From positions 1,443 through 65,442 of the forward strand of contig JACQDB010000020.1 in the NCBI GenBank assembly GCA_016201275.1: 64,000 nucleotides of DNA. The letters run 5' to 3'. Every line of letters starts with the position of its first letter. The stretch's first letter is position 1. A model generated the notes under the pieces. That model was not told the origin of the DNA. It did not search any database and saw only the letters and a list, made by a program, of their open reading frames with translations. Shown here piece by piece: positions 41,057 to 49,731 of this stretch. Source of the DNA: Acidobacteriota bacterium (GTDB taxonomy: Bacteria; Acidobacteriota; Blastocatellia; UBA7656). Position numbers and translations under genes: made by a program.

Positions 41057-41479
41057 TTATGCTGCTTCCCGCCTAGGCCAACTCCATGCATACCACACAA
41101 TGAGTGCCGTAAGTACGACTTCAATGATTCCCAAGAATATGAAGAACGCCCAATCCCACATCGTGATAAGTATGATCACTGTATAGATCACGCCAAAGAT
41201 GATGTTCACCCAGCGATTCAGGTTAGGCTTTAATGCCAGCGAGAGGAAAATCATGACACTCGGAATCGCCATCATGAGTGACGTTCCCAACAAAATCCCT
41301 TGAGTCGTCGGCCCGAATGGTCCCATTTTTCCTTCCAACATCCTTTGCAACGCCCCCGGCACGTAGAGGCCAAAATAATCTCCATAGATGTAACAGAACA
41401 TCACGCTTGCCCACAACGCCGAAATCTTGATCCTCACATGGATCTTCATGTCGTCTAAGGCTGTTCCGGCTTTCTTCAT
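41057..41479 (-). CDS. DUF6326 family membrane protein
   Basis: KISALWASVMFCYIYGD, IPSVMIFLS..L...NRWVNI, AWSWP. Confidence 0.8.
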   Translation of the reverse strand: MKKAGTALDDMKIHVRIKISALWASVMFCYIYGDYFGLYVPGALQRMLEGKMGPFGPTTQGILLGTSLMMAIPSVMIFLSLALKPNLNRWVNIIFGVIYTVIILITMWDWAFFIFLGIIEVVLTALIVWYAWSWPRREAA

Positions 41480-41596
41480 TGAGTCCAATTGATTTTTCCT
41501 TCCTTCGATTCCACCATGTAAGGTAAGTGTAAAGCGGCATAAGGTGGACGCGGGTTAGTCCAAAGCAGATACAAGAGTAATGCTCTAGCGCCACAA

Positions 41597-42334
41597 CTAT
41601 GCTCCGCTAATTTGCCAAGCGCTTGCTTTCTCTTCCCACTTTAGAACATTTACTCCCATCATCATCAGCCACAGTGTAAGTGATAGTTCCCCAATGCCGC
41701 CGAGCATCCCAAGGTCGGGAAGACGGTCTGCGAGCGCAGGCAAAAGAAACACCACGAAGCTATCAGTCACAAAGCTCACGCCTCCAATCGCCATCAGTGC
41801 CCCCACGATTCGAGGTAGAAAGCCTGACCTGAAAGCAAGGTATCCGATCATGAGGCAGTAAATCCCGAAAAATACACTGCTGATGCTGTAGCCCCGCGTA
41901 TGCATTTTGAGAGACATAAGCGCAAGGGTTTGCAACTGAGTCGTTTCAAATGCGCTCAGGTAGTGAGCGCTTCCCAGAAAGACGAGAGGGGCTAGGTGGT
42001 TGAGGGAGTTGACAGCCAAGACGGCGATCCCCACTAAGCTGAAGAACGCGGCGAGCAAAGAGAGGCTCCGGCCCACTGGCTTGAACAAGCCATAGAAGAG
42101 GAGCGTCACAACGATATAGCACGCGAGCATTATCAGATCGGCGGCCAAGCCGAAACGGTACAACGACTCGTGTGCCAGAATATTCGTCGCTGTTGCTGCG
42201 GCGTCATCACGCACGACAAGCGCGCCGCGAACAAAGACTTCGGCGAACACGCCCATGATGATGGTGATCAAGTAGAAGGTGCCGGCGATTCTGGCCCCTA
42301 GGCGCGGCGATGTTTTAACATCTCTGTCCATCAT
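41597..42334 (-). CDS. DUF4386 family membrane protein
   Basis: ARIAG..YL, DAAATATNILAH..L.R, Y.LFKPV, SGFLPR, GELSLTLWL. Confidence 0.85.
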   Translation of the reverse strand: MMDRDVKTSPRLGARIAGTFYLITIIMGVFAEVFVRGALVVRDDAAATATNILAHESLYRFGLAADLIMLACYIVVTLLFYGLFKPVGRSLSLLAAFFSLVGIAVLAVNSLNHLAPLVFLGSAHYLSAFETTQLQTLALMSLKMHTRGYSISSVFFGIYCLMIGYLAFRSGFLPRIVGALMAIGGVSFVTDSFVVFLLPALADRLPDLGMLGGIGELSLTLWLMMMGVNVLKWEEKASAWQISGA

Positions 42335-42379
42335 TTTGGTCCCCTTGCAAGTGTGGCCTCGTCTGTGACGCTCAACGCC

Positions 42380-42775
42380 TCAATGGCCGCGAGAGGGTTT
42401 GCAGTTGCCGTCCAGCACGAGCCCCGAAATGCGTTCGATTTCGTCTTCCACTTCGGCCATAGTGTCGTCCAGGCTGCCGGATTCAAAGGCCAAGGTCACC
42501 GATTCCCGGCTCAGGCTTTCCAGACCGCTGGCGATTTCGCGCACTTCGGCTTCCAGCAAACGGACTTGCGCGAAGGCGATTTCGGTCAGATGGTCGGTGA
42601 GAAAATCTACCGAGGCACGCGCTGTCAAAGCGCGATTGCCGGAGGTCAGAACCAGCGCACGCAATTTGTCGAGGCGCTGTAGAATCGCTTGACGGCTGGA
42701 TTCGAGTTCTTCGATTTCGTGTGATAGTTCAGCTAACTTGATGGCAGTTGATTGTGCAGTAAAGGGGTCTGTCAT
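42380..42775 (-). CDS. Hypothetical coiled-coil protein
   Basis: 131-aa acidic, heptad-rich ORF just downstream of tmRNA. Confidence 0.6.
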   Translation of the reverse strand: MTDPFTAQSTAIKLAELSHEIEELESSRQAILQRLDKLRALVLTSGNRALTARASVDFLTDHLTEIAFAQVRLLEAEVREIASGLESLSRESVTLAFESGSLDDTMAEVEDEIERISGLVLDGNCKPSRGH

Positions 42776-42879
42776 TAAAATAAAATCTCTTTCCTGAATG
42801 AGCCATTGCGGCCAGGCGCGCCTTTGCTTGCGCCGCCAGACCGCTGCCAAGATATAAATCTTTTATCGGCAAAAAGCAA

Positions 42880-43231
42880 TGGAGGTGGAGAGAATCGAAC
42901 TCTCGTCCGAGAGCCATCAGCGCTGAACTCTACATGCTTGTTTGCTTCACTAAGGATTCGCCCGTTCAGACCGTGGAAGCAACTAAGCATCCAAACGGGC
43001 TAGCTCAGATTAGCTTTCCCGTTACCCCCCTGAACACGGGAGCAACGAGGCATCCTGTTAAGTGACGACTCATCCTGAACCACAGGCACTTTCAAGTGAA
43101 TCGTGGCGGCCTTAAGCTGCCAGTGCTAATTCGCTATTCGCGATTGTGTTTTCCAAGCTTAGTAACGCGGGGCGTGGGCCGCGGCATGCATTCAACACCT
43201 CAGAGTACCCCCGTCGAAACCTGGCACCCCC
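42880..43231 (-). ncRNA. ssrA: tmRNA, tag peptide (A)ANSELALAA
   Basis: 5' GGGGGTG..TTCGAC, 3' T-arm GAGAGTTCGATTCTC then CACCTCC-A acceptor strand; tag ORF GCG AAT AGC GAA TTA GCA CTG GCA GCT TAA at 43141-43112. Confidence 0.97.
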
Positions 43232-43243
43232 TGACAAAAAAAT

Positions 43244-43273
43244 AGTCTAACATTAGCGTTTTTACAGCGTCAA
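43244..43273 (-). promoter_or_regulatory. sigma70 promoter of ssrA
   Basis: TTGACG-N18-TAGACT with extended -10 TG. Confidence 0.65.
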
Positions 43274-43457
43274 GAATTCCCTCCTTGCCGCTTCGCAAAC
43301 GCCCGTGGAAAAAACTATAGCAAAATATTGTTTGCCCCTTTACACTACTCTACTGCAACGAAATAACAAAGGAAAAACATCAAAAGCCCTCAGCAGAATA
43401 AGGACACGCGCACCAAAGTCTCACCGCTGGTGCCAACTATCTTGCAGGAGAAAATTC

Positions 43458-45611
43458 ATGAAATTATTTACTAAGAGGTCAATCTATAAGGTTCTCCCTG
43501 TACTGTTGGCCGTATTTTTTTTCACCACGAAAAGCCACGCCACCACTGCCATTTTGCTTACCGATGAGCAACTGGTGACCAGTTCCCGCGTCATCCTGAC
43601 CGGCGAAGTGCAGGCGGTGAAAGCGGCCTTCGATGCCAATCAGGGAAACATTTATACCTATGTAAAAATTCAGGTCGCCGGAGTTTTGAAAGGCCATTTG
43701 CAGAATCAACAAATTGTCTTCAAACAATTGGGCGGCACTGTTGGCGATCATTCCACCGTCATTTTTGGCGCGCCCGATTATCAAATCGGCGACCAGGTGC
43801 TACTGTTTCTGGACACCGCTTCAGACGGCACTTTACGAATCGCGCACCTGTTTCAAGGAAAGTACGACATCGCTTATGACGCCAGCCAAGATCGCCATAT
43901 CGTCAAACGCGACCTCGATGGCGGCACCATCAATCTGCTCGGCGTTACCGCAAGCCCGGAGATTACCAACCAGGCGTCGCTGGCCAAATTTAACAAGAGA
44001 ATCCGCAAGCTTCTCAACAGCCACGCGCTGGAAGTGCAGAGCTATGACGAGAAATACGCGCCCACCCCTATCGTAGAAATTCCGCCGGAGTATGTAGATG
44101 ATCCGCCCGGTTCGATCAATCCGCAATACACTTTTTTAGGCAGCGGGTATCGCTGGACCGAACCGGACAGCAATCAACCCGTAGTCTATCGCGTCAACCC
44201 GACCGGAGCGCCCACGCCGGGTGGCGGCAACACCGAGATCAATCAGGCGCTGGCGGCCTGGACGAATGTGCAAACCACCGCGCTGGTCTTACAAAATGGC
44301 GGCAGCACCACCTCTGGCGGCTTCAAAGCCGATGGCGTGACCGCCATCTCTTTCAATGATCCGAACAACCAAATCACCGACCCCGTAGGCTGCGCCGGCA
44401 TACTGGCCATCGGCGGCGTCTCCAGCGCCGGAGGCCCTTCGACCGTCATCGGCGGCAAAAGTTTCTATAAAATCTATGAAGGCGATGTCGTCTTCAATAA
44501 CGGCTTTTCATGTTTTCTAGGCAAATCCGCCAATCTGGCGGAAGTCGCTTGTCACGAAATTGGGCATACGCTGGGCTTCGGTCACAGCACGGATACAGCA
44601 GCCATCATGTACGCCTCGGCGCATGGCAACGGTCGCGGAGCCACCCTGGGAACCGATGATGTAGCTGTCGTCACCTTCCTCTATCCGGGTTCCAAGAGTG
44701 GCGGAACGCCGAGTGCGCCGAGTGCACCGACCGGCTTGAGCGCCGCCGCCAGCGGCAATACTTCGATCAATCTTTCGTGGCTCGATACCAGCACCAACGA
44801 ACAGGGGTTTCGCTTGGAAAGAAAACTCGGCTCCGGCGGAACCTACGCGCAAATCGCCGACCTTCCGGCCAATCAAAATACCTTTGCGGATTCCGGCCTG
44901 CAAAGTAGCTCGACCTATTTTTATCGCGTCAGAGCCTATAACGCTGTAGGCGTTTCCGGCTACTCGAACGAAGCCTTTGCCACCACCGCCGCCGCCGCGC
45001 CTGCCGCAGATAATGCCGCCTTCGTGTCGCAAGTGGTGTCATCGTCCATGTCGCCCGGTCAAGCGGTTGGGGTTTCCGTGACCATGCAAAACACCGGCAC
45101 GACGACTTGGACAGCGAACAGCGTTTACAAACTCGGTTCGCAAAATCCCCAGGACAACACCACTTGGGGTTTGAATCGCGTCAATCTGACTGCATCGGTT
45201 GCGCCGGGCGCAAGCGTCACCTTCAGCTTCACAGTGACGGCTCCGGTCAATGCGGGAAATTACAATTTTCAATGGCGCATGATTAAAGAAGGAACCGCTT
45301 ACTTCGGCTCGGCTTCCACCAATGTAGTGGTCAACGTCGCCGCGTCGGGAACGCCGGTTTCGATTACCACAACATTCTTGCCCTCGGCAACGCGGGGGCA
45401 ACTCTACAGCCAGCAATTAGCGGCTACCGGCGGCACCCCGCCTTACGTCTGGTCGGTGAGCAGTGGAACACTGCCTCCCGGCTTGACCTTGAGCAGCGGC
45501 GGACTGTTAAGAGGCATACCTACCGTTGGCGGCACTTACTATTTCACGCTGACGGCGCGTGACCAAAACAGCCGCACCGCTTCCATGAGTTTCAAGATGG
45601 CGGTTCGCTAA
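43458..45611 (+). CDS. Secreted matrixin-family (M10) metalloprotease with FN3 and Ig-like domains
   Basis: HEIGHTLGFGH, Met-turn AIMY, FN3 (PSAPTGLSA..LSW..YRVRAYN), NBR1-like Ig (MQNTGTTTW), C-terminal Ig (GGTPPYVWS..GTLPPGL). Confidence 0.9.
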   Translation: MKLFTKRSIYKVLPVLLAVFFFTTKSHATTAILLTDEQLVTSSRVILTGEVQAVKAAFDANQGNIYTYVKIQVAGVLKGHLQNQQIVFKQLGGTVGDHSTVIFGAPDYQIGDQVLLFLDTASDGTLRIAHLFQGKYDIAYDASQDRHIVKRDLDGGTINLLGVTASPEITNQASLAKFNKRIRKLLNSHALEVQSYDEKYAPTPIVEIPPEYVDDPPGSINPQYTFLGSGYRWTEPDSNQPVVYRVNPTGAPTPGGGNTEINQALAAWTNVQTTALVLQNGGSTTSGGFKADGVTAISFNDPNNQITDPVGCAGILAIGGVSSAGGPSTVIGGKSFYKIYEGDVVFNNGFSCFLGKSANLAEVACHEIGHTLGFGHSTDTAAIMYASAHGNGRGATLGTDDVAVVTFLYPGSKSGGTPSAPSAPTGLSAAASGNTSINLSWLDTSTNEQGFRLERKLGSGGTYAQIADLPANQNTFADSGLQSSSTYFYRVRAYNAVGVSGYSNEAFATTAAAAPAADNAAFVSQVVSSSMSPGQAVGVSVTMQNTGTTTWTANSVYKLGSQNPQDNTTWGLNRVNLTASVAPGASVTFSFTVTAPVNAGNYNFQWRMIKEGTAYFGSASTNVVVNVAASGTPVSITTTFLPSATRGQLYSQQLAATGGTPPYVWSVSSGTLPPGLTLSSGGLLRGIPTVGGTYYFTLTARDQNSRTASMSFKMAVR

Positions 45612-45631
45612 ACCCTGAACACTGATTCAGC

Positions 45632-45673
45632 AAAAGAGAAAGGCAGCCTTCAAAAGCTGCCTTTCTCTTTTTT
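45632..45673 (+). terminator. Intrinsic terminator (likely bidirectional)
   Basis: AAAAGAGAAAGGCAGC-loop-GCTGCCTTTCTCTTTTTT. Confidence 0.88.
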
Positions 45674-45885
45674 CATGGCACCAAGTGCAGAGGAATTTCA
45701 TGCACAAGCCGGTTTCCTGTAAGGCTCTTGGCTCGACTTTGTACAATTTCAGATTGGACAACACCAATCAAGAACTGACATTGCGGCTCGCGCTTGGAAT
45801 GATTGAACCTCACCTCAACAAGCTGAGGTTCAATCATTCCAAGGGGTGAAAAAGCCAATGAAATCAGGCTGTTTTGCCACTAAAA

Positions 45886-45995
45886 AATCTCCCAACGGAG
45901 AGCCGAGGCGGTTAGGCAATTCATCTGAATCCCCCAACGGAGAGCCGAGGCAGTTAGGCAATTCATCGGAATCCCCCCAACGGTAGTTGGGGGAT
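45886..45995. repeat. 42-bp tandem duplicate plus REP-like hairpin
   Basis: Two near-identical AATC(T/C)CCCAACGGAGAGCCGAGGC(G/A)GTTAGGCAATTCATC units, then ATCCCCCCAACGGTAGTTGGGGGAT. Confidence 0.75.
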
Positions 45996-46176
45996 GCTTA
46001 AAGTCCTACCTACACACCCAGCAAGCAAAGTTTTTTTGCCAGCCATCGGCGGGATTAGCAAGGCTGCTTCGCCTCTGAAAAATGTACAATGTCGAGCTTG
46101 GGATGGTGGATGAAATAAAGTGCAATGCTCTGTACGGGCGACCACCGCAGGGCCGTGCGTACAGAGCATTGGAAAA

Positions 46177-47124
46177 TCACTCATGGGCTGATGAAATTTC
46201 TTTGGTAAATTTGGTGCGCGCATAGACCACTTGAAAGCCTTGGCGTTCAACATTTTTTTGCGACAGACTGCCGGGCAACGTCGTCACCATCGCCCACGGA
46301 CAGCCTAGCGCCTGCGCGTAGCGTAAACGCATCTTCAACAAATCGGTTTGAATTCCCTGCCGACGGAATTGCGGCAAGGTGCTGGCACCGCCAAAAATGG
46401 CTACCTCATCGCACATAAAAACCGCGCCGCCGCCTGCCGCTGTCTGCTTCACCCGCGCACCAAAGATCGCGCAATTCGCTTGCTGAAAACAGGTGATAAA
46501 CAACTCTTTGAACGCTTGCGGAATCGCCGGGCTTTCCAAAGAACCTTGCGAGATTACCGCTGCAAACGCCTCTAGAGCGGTTTTTGTTTGGGATTACTGA
46601 AACCTCAAACCCGTTGAGCGGCGGTCTCTGACCGGCGCGGTCGAAGACCGCTGCTCAACGATAAGGGGTTCCGTACACCCATATGAAAACCGCTCTATAT
46701 CTTCTTCACCGACTCGTTGCACATGATTTGACAAGGCATCAGAAAACACTTCGTCACTGCCAATGCGCCGGGCTAGAACATTAGAAACTTCGCTGATTTG
46801 ATAGCCGCGCCGGATTAACATTTTTAACAGATTAATGTCCGCCAGATGACAGACCTCGACATTCACCGCCGCCTTGCGCTGTTGATAAAAAGCTTCCAGC
46901 CGATCAAGCTGGGCTTCACTGAAATCGTCATCAAATCCCAACGCGAAAATCTGCGTCAACGGCGACTCCACTCCGGCAAAGACCGCATAACCGCTGCCGA
47001 TCTTTTCATAACCCGCTGTCGAATCGGCAAACAAGCGCTGGTGCGTCCGCACAAATTCAAGCTGGTTGAGAGCCTCGGCGGTTTCCAGTTTTACGGCCAG
47101 TTCTTTGGTTGTATGAATTTTCAT
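46177..47124 (-). pseudogene. GNAT N-acetyltransferase split by a MITE
   Basis: Removing 46575-46695 plus one TA fuses the two ORFs in frame (EEDIE|AFAAVISQG), 274 aa, with acetyl-CoA motif FRRQGIQ. Confidence 0.9.
46575..46695. mobile_element. 121-bp TA-targeting MITE (copy 2)
   Basis: TIRs GAGCGGTTTT/AAAACCGCTC, TA duplicated at 46573-74 and 46696-97. Confidence 0.92.
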
Positions 47125-47247
47125 GCAGCACTGTCCCTGATTGAATTGGGGAAAGGTGAACCGATTGGTGGCGTTACGATTGACGAATCAGCGGCAAACC
47201 CGTGATGGTCAATAGACCTACTTCCTGCTGGCTCGCAGTCCGCTGGC

Positions 47248-48288
47248 TTATCCCGCTTGCAGAGTTTGGGTGTTGATATTCTGCATATGTCTGACGGCGG
47301 CTTGATAGCGTTCCAGGTAGAGGGAAAAATCTTCTTGCGATGACGGGAACATACCGTACCAGAAATAATCGAAACGGTCGGTCATATAACTCATCGCCGG
47401 AAGGAGCGAGGAAAACTTTGCCACCATCGAAAGGTATTCGCGGTTCGTCGCATGAGTATGCAATTCGATTAAATTGCGCTCCGACATTTCATACAAAAAC
47501 GCGATGTACAGTTTGCGAACCCCCAGACGAAAATCTCCGGCCTTGGCTGCCGCCATCGCGGCCTCGGCCAAATCGCTCGGACTGGCATCTTCTTCGATCT
47601 CTTCGCCCAGCACCGTCTTCTTTTTCGCTTTCTTCTTCGTCGGTTTGTATTTCCAGATCATGTGAATGATGAAATAGGCGACGATGGCCGCCACCACGAA
47701 GAAGATGAATTTGAATAAACCGCTGCCCGCATTGCCCGCCCCAAAGAGCGCCGTCATGATGCGCGTCCAGATTCTCGTAATTAGGTCCAACACCGCTTTG
47801 CGAAGCTTTTTGATCTTTGCGGCGAGGGGATTTTCTTTCTTGTCGCGATACTGTTCCTGCGCCAATATGTTTTTCAAGCGCTCTTGCATGGCGGCTTTAT
47901 TGGCGTCCGCCCGCGAAATGTCCTCGGCATCTTGCAGATGATGATCGAGCGCCTCCAGCCAGCCCCGAACTTCGGTCAACAACAGATCGCGTGCGGCTTT
48001 CTGTTTTTCCGCCACGGCTAAATCCAGATGCTGATGCAACCATTCGTTATCCACGTTGATGACGCGGCCTTGCAATTCAACCGGCTCGGTTTTCGGCAAC
48101 AACTTTTTCACGTAGTCCACGCCTTCTTCGGCGTAGTTGTCATCTTTTTGTATGCGCTTGATCTGCTCGGCGGCTCTGGCAACGCGCTTTTCATAGTCCA
48201 ACAACGAGGCGGCGGCGGCAGCTATGCCAACGCACCACAGCAGCAGACCAATTGTCATCAACACTCTTTTCATCGAATCAGTATTCAC
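47248..48288 (-). CDS. DUF4129 domain membrane protein
   Basis: C-terminal GDFR.GVR.LY..L, TNREY, FDYFWYG. Confidence 0.85.
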   Translation of the reverse strand: MNTDSMKRVLMTIGLLLWCVGIAAAAASLLDYEKRVARAAEQIKRIQKDDNYAEEGVDYVKKLLPKTEPVELQGRVINVDNEWLHQHLDLAVAEKQKAARDLLLTEVRGWLEALDHHLQDAEDISRADANKAAMQERLKNILAQEQYRDKKENPLAAKIKKLRKAVLDLITRIWTRIMTALFGAGNAGSGLFKFIFFVVAAIVAYFIIHMIWKYKPTKKKAKKKTVLGEEIEEDASPSDLAEAAMAAAKAGDFRLGVRKLYIAFLYEMSERNLIELHTHATNREYLSMVAKFSSLLPAMSYMTDRFDYFWYGMFPSSQEDFSLYLERYQAAVRHMQNINTQTLQAG

Positions 48289-48346
48289 AAGAAAAATTAG
48301 CGATGCGCTCGTTCAATTTACCAGAATCAGCCACGGCTGGCGAACC

Positions 48347-49627
48347 TTACAGCAGCGCTGGCGTGCCACAACGCATACAAAATCTGGCTTCTGGTTCGAA
48401 CTTCGCGCCGCATTGAAAACAGAACTGCGCCGCTTCCGGGGACGCCCACTGACCCGCTGCACTCTTCAATGGTGGAGCGGTTGGCCGATTCTCGTGCGCT
48501 GGCGCAGGCGTTGGCGTTGCAACATTCGGCGGCACGGGATGCGGCGGCGGTCGCCAACCGGCAAGCCCCAACGGACTGGTCTGCACGAAAACTCGCCCCT
48601 GCGGATTGGCATACGGTACGGGATAACCCATCACCACTGTCTGCCTGGGCGCTTGCCAATAAAATCCGGGGTTCACTTCTCGCGCCAGCAGTTCCAAATC
48701 ATACGCCTCTTTACGCACTCGACTATCGAAATACAACAAGGTGTAAGCGACAATCCAAATCGGCAGCGCCAGCAGATTCGAGATCTGACTGAACGAGGTG
48801 TAAAGAATATTCCAGGTCGGCGAAACCATAAACTCGGCGGTCAGTATGCCCGTCATATACAGCCCCGTCATTACCGGCAAAGTCAGCGCCGCCAGCAAAG
48901 ACAACGACACGAAGTAAGTAAACAAAACGATGCCGCCGACGCGATACCAGTTCCCTTTGCCTAAATTCATCGCCCGCCCCAACGATAGCCCGGCGCTCTG
49001 CCCTTCGATCATCATCACCTGCGGCAGAAACACGATGCGAGCAATCACCCACAACGCCCCGGCGATGCCTAAACCAACGGCAACCAAGGCGGCGATGCCG
49101 GTGAAGGTGGCGACCAGCCACGGCGGCATTTCTGAAGAAGCCGTTACGCCGATTAACACGGCGGCAATTAAAAAGACGATGATAAAAATTACCGACAGGA
49201 TGAAATAGACCACTATCAAAATGACGATGCTCAACAAGCCCAGCAAAAAGATGTCGCCGATTCGTTTGCGCGCTGCCGCAAAGCATTTGCGAAAGGTGAT
49301 GCTTTCGTCAAGCATGATGTGATCGCCAATGACGCGGGACATTCCGCACACCGTCAACAGCAGGATAAATAGCCACACCGGATAAAGCAGTCCGCCCACC
49401 GCCATCATCATTATGGCGACCGGCGAAGTTTCCGGCACGCCCGCTTCGACGCTGCCGAGAACCACTTTGGAATAGCCAAACAAAAAGGTTGTCGAAGCGA
49501 GATAGCCGATAAAACTGGGAACCGCAACGATGGACAGCAAGGGCGCAAAGTTACGCCGATAAATCCGCACCGCACGGTCTATCACATCGCCTGTGGACAT
49601 GGGTTCGAGTATAGTGAAATTCGCCAT
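48347..49627 (-). CDS. Multi-pass membrane protein (GDPD membrane-domain-like) with C-terminal double zinc ribbon
   Basis: PMSTGDVIDRAVRIYRRNF, LLYFDSRVRKEAYDL, FCFQCG..FCMRCG. Confidence 0.8.
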   Translation of the reverse strand: MANFTILEPMSTGDVIDRAVRIYRRNFAPLLSIVAVPSFIGYLASTTFLFGYSKVVLGSVEAGVPETSPVAIMMMAVGGLLYPVWLFILLLTVCGMSRVIGDHIMLDESITFRKCFAAARKRIGDIFLLGLLSIVILIVVYFILSVIFIIVFLIAAVLIGVTASSEMPPWLVATFTGIAALVAVGLGIAGALWVIARIVFLPQVMMIEGQSAGLSLGRAMNLGKGNWYRVGGIVLFTYFVSLSLLAALTLPVMTGLYMTGILTAEFMVSPTWNILYTSFSQISNLLALPIWIVAYTLLYFDSRVRKEAYDLELLAREVNPGFYWQAPRQTVVMGYPVPYANPQGRVFVQTSPLGLAGWRPPPHPVPPNVATPTPAPAHENRPTAPPLKSAAGQWASPEAAQFCFQCGAKFEPEARFCMRCGTPALL

Positions 49628-49731
49628 CGGGTTTCCGGCTTCAGCTTTCGCTTGCGACTTTCCGATTCTTTCCGTTCAAGCATAAACCGGAACCGTAGAA
49701 ACGCAATAACAAAAACCGACTCGTGAATTTT

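Noticed and set aside
40260-42880. Integrase-driven island at the tmRNA 3' end
   Set aside because: No integrase and no duplicated ssrA 3' fragment found by eye.
42729-43003. Small ORFs overlapping 42.7-43.0 kb
   Set aside because: They overlap the tmRNA gene and are spurious.
45886-45995. Possible mini-CRISPR array
   Set aside because: Units are contiguous near-identical duplicates with no unique spacers, and no cas genes are present.
46540-46600. Programmed readthrough or frameshift joining the GNAT halves
   Set aside because: Fully explained by a MITE with a TA duplication; the stop is TAA with no recoding signal.
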